Origin: Armatimonadota bacterium
GTDB taxonomy: Bacteria > Armatimonadota > Zipacnadia > Zipacnadales > UBA5352
Assembly (NCBI GenBank): GCA_049975765.1
Contig: JBNGDZ010000005.1
Span: 1-33,940, forward strand
Length of the DNA: 33,940 nucleotides
Direction of reading: 5' to 3'
Shown here: one piece after another, positions 30,990 through 33,940 of the stretch
How positions within the stretch are numbered: the stretch's first letter is position 1
How the letters are laid out: every line of letters begins with the position of its first letter
Translations under genes and position numbers: made by a program
The notes under the pieces: generated by a model
What the model was told of the DNA's origin: nothing
Databases searched by the model: none
What the model saw: the letters and a program-made list of their open reading frames with translations, nothing else

Positions 30990-31381
30990 GAGCAGTGGAC
31001 CTCCCTCCGCAGCCGCTTGACGGTCTCCCCGATCCGGCGCCTGCCGTGCGCGGGTGTGGCGCCGCCCGCGGGAGTATTGCTCGCACGAGGCGCCCGACCT
31101 CCCCGACGAACCGCCACCGGTCCGCGTGAATCGGGCCAGACAGCCCTGCATGAGAGGCGCCATCCCGCGCAGGTCCTCGCTGAGCCCTGGAGGAAGAACT
31201 GCGACGCCGTCAGAGCGTGACCTGACGCGACAGACGGCATCGGGTAACGGTCGGTGTCCCTGAGATGCGCACGGCGATGGGGGGCGTCTCGCGGCCGGGC
31301 ATTCGCCGCCATGCCGACTGTCACCGCACCTGCATCACGCGGACCACAGGAGCCCCAAGGCGTCCGGAAGGGTGAGGGTGG

Positions 31382-33937
31382 ATGACCAGGAGGCGTTTCG
31401 CCGGGATCGGACTGGGCGTCGTCACCGTGCTTGCGCTGTGCCAGGCGGGGGGCGCTCAGGCGCAGGTACAGCAGCTGCCATGGAGTGGAGCCGACGTGGG
31501 GAAGGTCGGGCTGACGGGGTCCCACTCCGTGGCAGACGGCGTGTTCACGATAAGGGGGGCCGGCGGTGGCGTGTACATCTACGGGGACGCCTTCTACTAC
31601 CTCTACCTGCCGCTTCAGGGAGATGGGCAGATAACGGCCCGCGTGGTGGGAGTCAGGAACACCTCACCCAACACCAGCATAGGGCTGATGGCACGCGAGA
31701 CACTGGAGTACGACTCCAAGTGCGGGTTCTTCTTCCTGCGGCCGGAGCGCGAGTTCATCGCGGCCTACCAGGCCAGGACCGAGGACGACATCGAGTCCGT
31801 GGTGACGGTCGCGAAGCGGGAGGGGGTGAGGATGCCTCATTGGCTGCGACTCGCGCGGCGGGGAGACGTGCTGCAGGCCCTGATCTCCGAGGACGGGAAC
31901 GCCTGGGAGGTGTTCGGCACTCAGCAGGTCCCGATGAGCCCCTTCATCCATATCGGGCTATTCGTGTGCAGCTACCGAACCAGTCTACTGGCCGAGGCGA
32001 CCTTCGATGAGGTCTTCTTCACGGGCACCGTTCCCCCCATGGATCGCTTTCGCCAGGAGGTCGCCAGCGCGGCGGCAGAGGTCCACGCCCCTCCTCCCCC
32101 CGATCCACGCCTGGCGCCGCTGAAGGCCCTGGCGGCGCGGCTCGCCCGGGAGCGTGGCACACTGGACTTCCCGGACCGCAAGAAGCTGATCTGCGCCAAC
32201 CAGCTTACGCCTCCCCCCGGCGAGTTCGTCGCCCATCTGCCGGAGCACGAGCGGAGACCGTTCGACGGCGTGGTCCTGAAGCTGAACGGCGGGGTGAGGC
32301 CGTTCCAGAGGCAGCGCTGGGATGAGAACGAGTTCATCGACGACTACGAGGCCCTCACCAGGCTGCGAAGCCACACCCTCACGGACAACTTCCTGTGGTT
32401 GAACACCTCGGCCGTCATGGACTGGTTCGACGACGAGCAGTGGGAGATCGTGCTGCAGAACACCCGCATGATGGCCCGGGCGGCGGCCCTGGGGCAATGT
32501 GCGGGGCTGTGGGTGGACCCGGAGGGCTACGGCCAGTCGCCCTGGCCCTACTTCGACGCCATCGGCCGGGAGGAGCATAGCTTTGAGGAGTTCCATGCGC
32601 AGGTGATGAGACGCGGCGAGCAGTGGATCCAGGCCATCGAGGAGGAGCTTCCCGCGCCCCGCCTGCTGTTCGCCTTCCTCGTACCCACGAACCGGCTCAC
32701 GTACGACCTGCAGTGGCCGGTCCAGAGGATACGCGACGACATCCCGCGCATGCGATATGCACTGCTGCCGAGCTTCGTGAACGGCATCCTGCGGGGCGCG
32801 GGGCCAGACACCGTCCTTGTCGAGGGCAATGAGCACTCCTACTACTACCGCAGCGCCGAGGAGTACCGGACCTTCGCCCGCTACATGGATGAGCTGCTGC
32901 CGCTGGCCTTCATCGAGGAGCAGCTCCGGGCCTCCTTCGACCGGCACGTCCAGACGGGTGCAGCGGTGTACACCAACTACCATCTGGGGCTGCATTCGCG
33001 GACGCTGTCACGGTACATGACACCTGAGGAGCAGGGCAGGTGGGAGGAACACGCCGTCTACTGGGCCCTGAGCACGGCCGACGAGTACGCGTGGAACTGG
33101 GTGGAGGGGCCGCTGAACTGCTGGAAGCGCGATGACGACGAGGGCGAGGCGCCGCCTGAGCACTACTGGGCCGCCGTCCGGTCCGCGCGGGAGAAGATCG
33201 CGCGGAAGCAGGAGCTGGGGTTTGAGGCCGCCCCACTGTTTGAGGCCGTGAGGTCACGCGCCGCCGAAAGGCGACCCACAGCCACCGGCCGGCGAGTGCG
33301 GCCGGGAGACGCCCCCACCATCGATGGGCGGATCGACGAGGCGGCATGGCAGCAGGTGCAGTTCCTGTCGGCCTTTGAGCCCATGCTGGCATGGCGCCAG
33401 GACGTACAGATGCGGACGGTAGCCAAGCTGCGATGGGATGATTGGGCGCTGTACGTCGCCTTCGAGTGCCAGGAGGACCGCCCCCGGGGAATGAGAGCCG
33501 GGCGAGACACCCCGGACGACTACTTCCTCTTGCAGGATGACAATGTGCATATCCTCATCGCCGAAGCGGGCGCCGGCGGGCGGGTGTTCCGCTTTGTCGT
33601 GAACACCCTCGGTGTGGGCTATGACGCTCTGTGCCGGGAGAATCCCGACTCCAGAGCCCGGAAGTGGGCGCGGTTTGTGCTTGATCTGGGCTACGACTCC
33701 GACTGGCGCGCCGCGGCGCACGTGGGCGCGGAGTCCTGGACTGCCGAGGCCATGATCCCCTGGGATGATCTGGGCATGGCGCCGGTCGAGGCCGGGACGG
33801 AGGTGTCGCTGAACCTAGGCCGCTACCGCACGCAGTCGAAGGGACAGCGGACCTACTGGGCGCCGGTCCTGGAGATGCAGGGGGACATCCTCGAGCAGAT
33901 GGAGCCCGCGCTGTTCGGCACGGTGGTGCTGCAATAG
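31382..33937 (+). CDS. 851-aa exported protein with a Tat-like signal, an N-terminal concanavalin-like (DUF1349-type) module, a central unknown region and a CBM9-like/DOMON-like C-terminal module.
   Basis: ATG 31382. N-terminus MTRRRFAGIGLGVVTVLALCQAGGAQA/QV carries a twin-Arg motif. Lectin-like block: YGDAFYYLYLPLQGDGQITARVV...IGLMARE...HWLRLARRGDVLQALISEDGNAWE. CBM9-like C-terminus: IDGRIDEAAWQQV...WDDWALYVAFEC. Stop TAG at 33935-33937. Confidence 0.7.
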   Translation: MTRRRFAGIGLGVVTVLALCQAGGAQAQVQQLPWSGADVGKVGLTGSHSVADGVFTIRGAGGGVYIYGDAFYYLYLPLQGDGQITARVVGVRNTSPNTSIGLMARETLEYDSKCGFFFLRPEREFIAAYQARTEDDIESVVTVAKREGVRMPHWLRLARRGDVLQALISEDGNAWEVFGTQQVPMSPFIHIGLFVCSYRTSLLAEATFDEVFFTGTVPPMDRFRQEVASAAAEVHAPPPPDPRLAPLKALAARLARERGTLDFPDRKKLICANQLTPPPGEFVAHLPEHERRPFDGVVLKLNGGVRPFQRQRWDENEFIDDYEALTRLRSHTLTDNFLWLNTSAVMDWFDDEQWEIVLQNTRMMARAAALGQCAGLWVDPEGYGQSPWPYFDAIGREEHSFEEFHAQVMRRGEQWIQAIEEELPAPRLLFAFLVPTNRLTYDLQWPVQRIRDDIPRMRYALLPSFVNGILRGAGPDTVLVEGNEHSYYYRSAEEYRTFARYMDELLPLAFIEEQLRASFDRHVQTGAAVYTNYHLGLHSRTLSRYMTPEEQGRWEEHAVYWALSTADEYAWNWVEGPLNCWKRDDDEGEAPPEHYWAAVRSAREKIARKQELGFEAAPLFEAVRSRAAERRPTATGRRVRPGDAPTIDGRIDEAAWQQVQFLSAFEPMLAWRQDVQMRTVAKLRWDDWALYVAFECQEDRPRGMRAGRDTPDDYFLLQDDNVHILIAEAGAGGRVFRFVVNTLGVGYDALCRENPDSRARKWARFVLDLGYDSDWRAAAHVGAESWTAEAMIPWDDLGMAPVEAGTEVSLNLGRYRTQSKGQRTYWAPVLEMQGDILEQMEPALFGTVVLQ

Positions 33938-33940
33938 CGC

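Noticed and set aside
31985-32995. 336-aa minus-strand ORF.
   Set aside because: It is antisense to the Tat-signal protein gene. The plus frame has the signal peptide, the domain motifs and the codon-3 G/C bias.

Overview
GC-rich (roughly two-thirds G+C by eye) bacterial chromosomal segment, probably from an uncultivated lineage. I support 20 protein-coding genes. I found no rRNA or tRNA, no CRISPR array, no transposase or integrase, and no recognisable defence, toxin-antitoxin or phage genes.

The six-frame track is full of long shadow ORFs, as expected for high-GC DNA. I chose real genes by Shine-Dalgarno motifs, signal peptides, catalytic or domain motifs, codon-position-3 G/C bias and operon geometry (ATGA overlaps).

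Large exported enzymes dominate the content:
- a GH42-like hydrolase
- a CBM + DUF4962 + heparinase II/III-type lyase
- a 1477-aa multidomain clan GH-A-like hydrolase
- a Tat-signal protein with a CBM9-like C-terminus
- two tandem 1100-aa subtilisin (S8) proteases with FlgD-Ig/T9SS-like C-terminal domains, followed by an Ig-domain lipoprotein

Other recognisable genes are a CopB-type P1B ATPase, a metallophosphoesterase, a GNAT acetyltransferase, a divergent MobA-like protein and a CsgG-family-like exported protein.

I did not find a convincing self-contained new system. The best unexplained candidates are:
1. A plus-strand gene set at 6247-9476. It holds a membrane-anchored tandem-repeat protein, a translationally coupled pair of small paralogues (one Cys-rich, one Cys-depleted), a 449-nt hairpin-dense spacer and a CsgG-like gene.
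2. A three-gene ATGA-coupled operon at 12255->9483, with two exported unknowns and a cytoplasmic metallophosphoesterase.
3. A 74-aa DnaJ-type zinc-finger mini-protein with an acidic tail. It sits behind a 688-aa lipoprotein and is transcribed divergently from copB.
4. An uncharacterised module of about 350 aa shared by both S8 proteases.

All family assignments are by eye and from recollection. No database search was possible.
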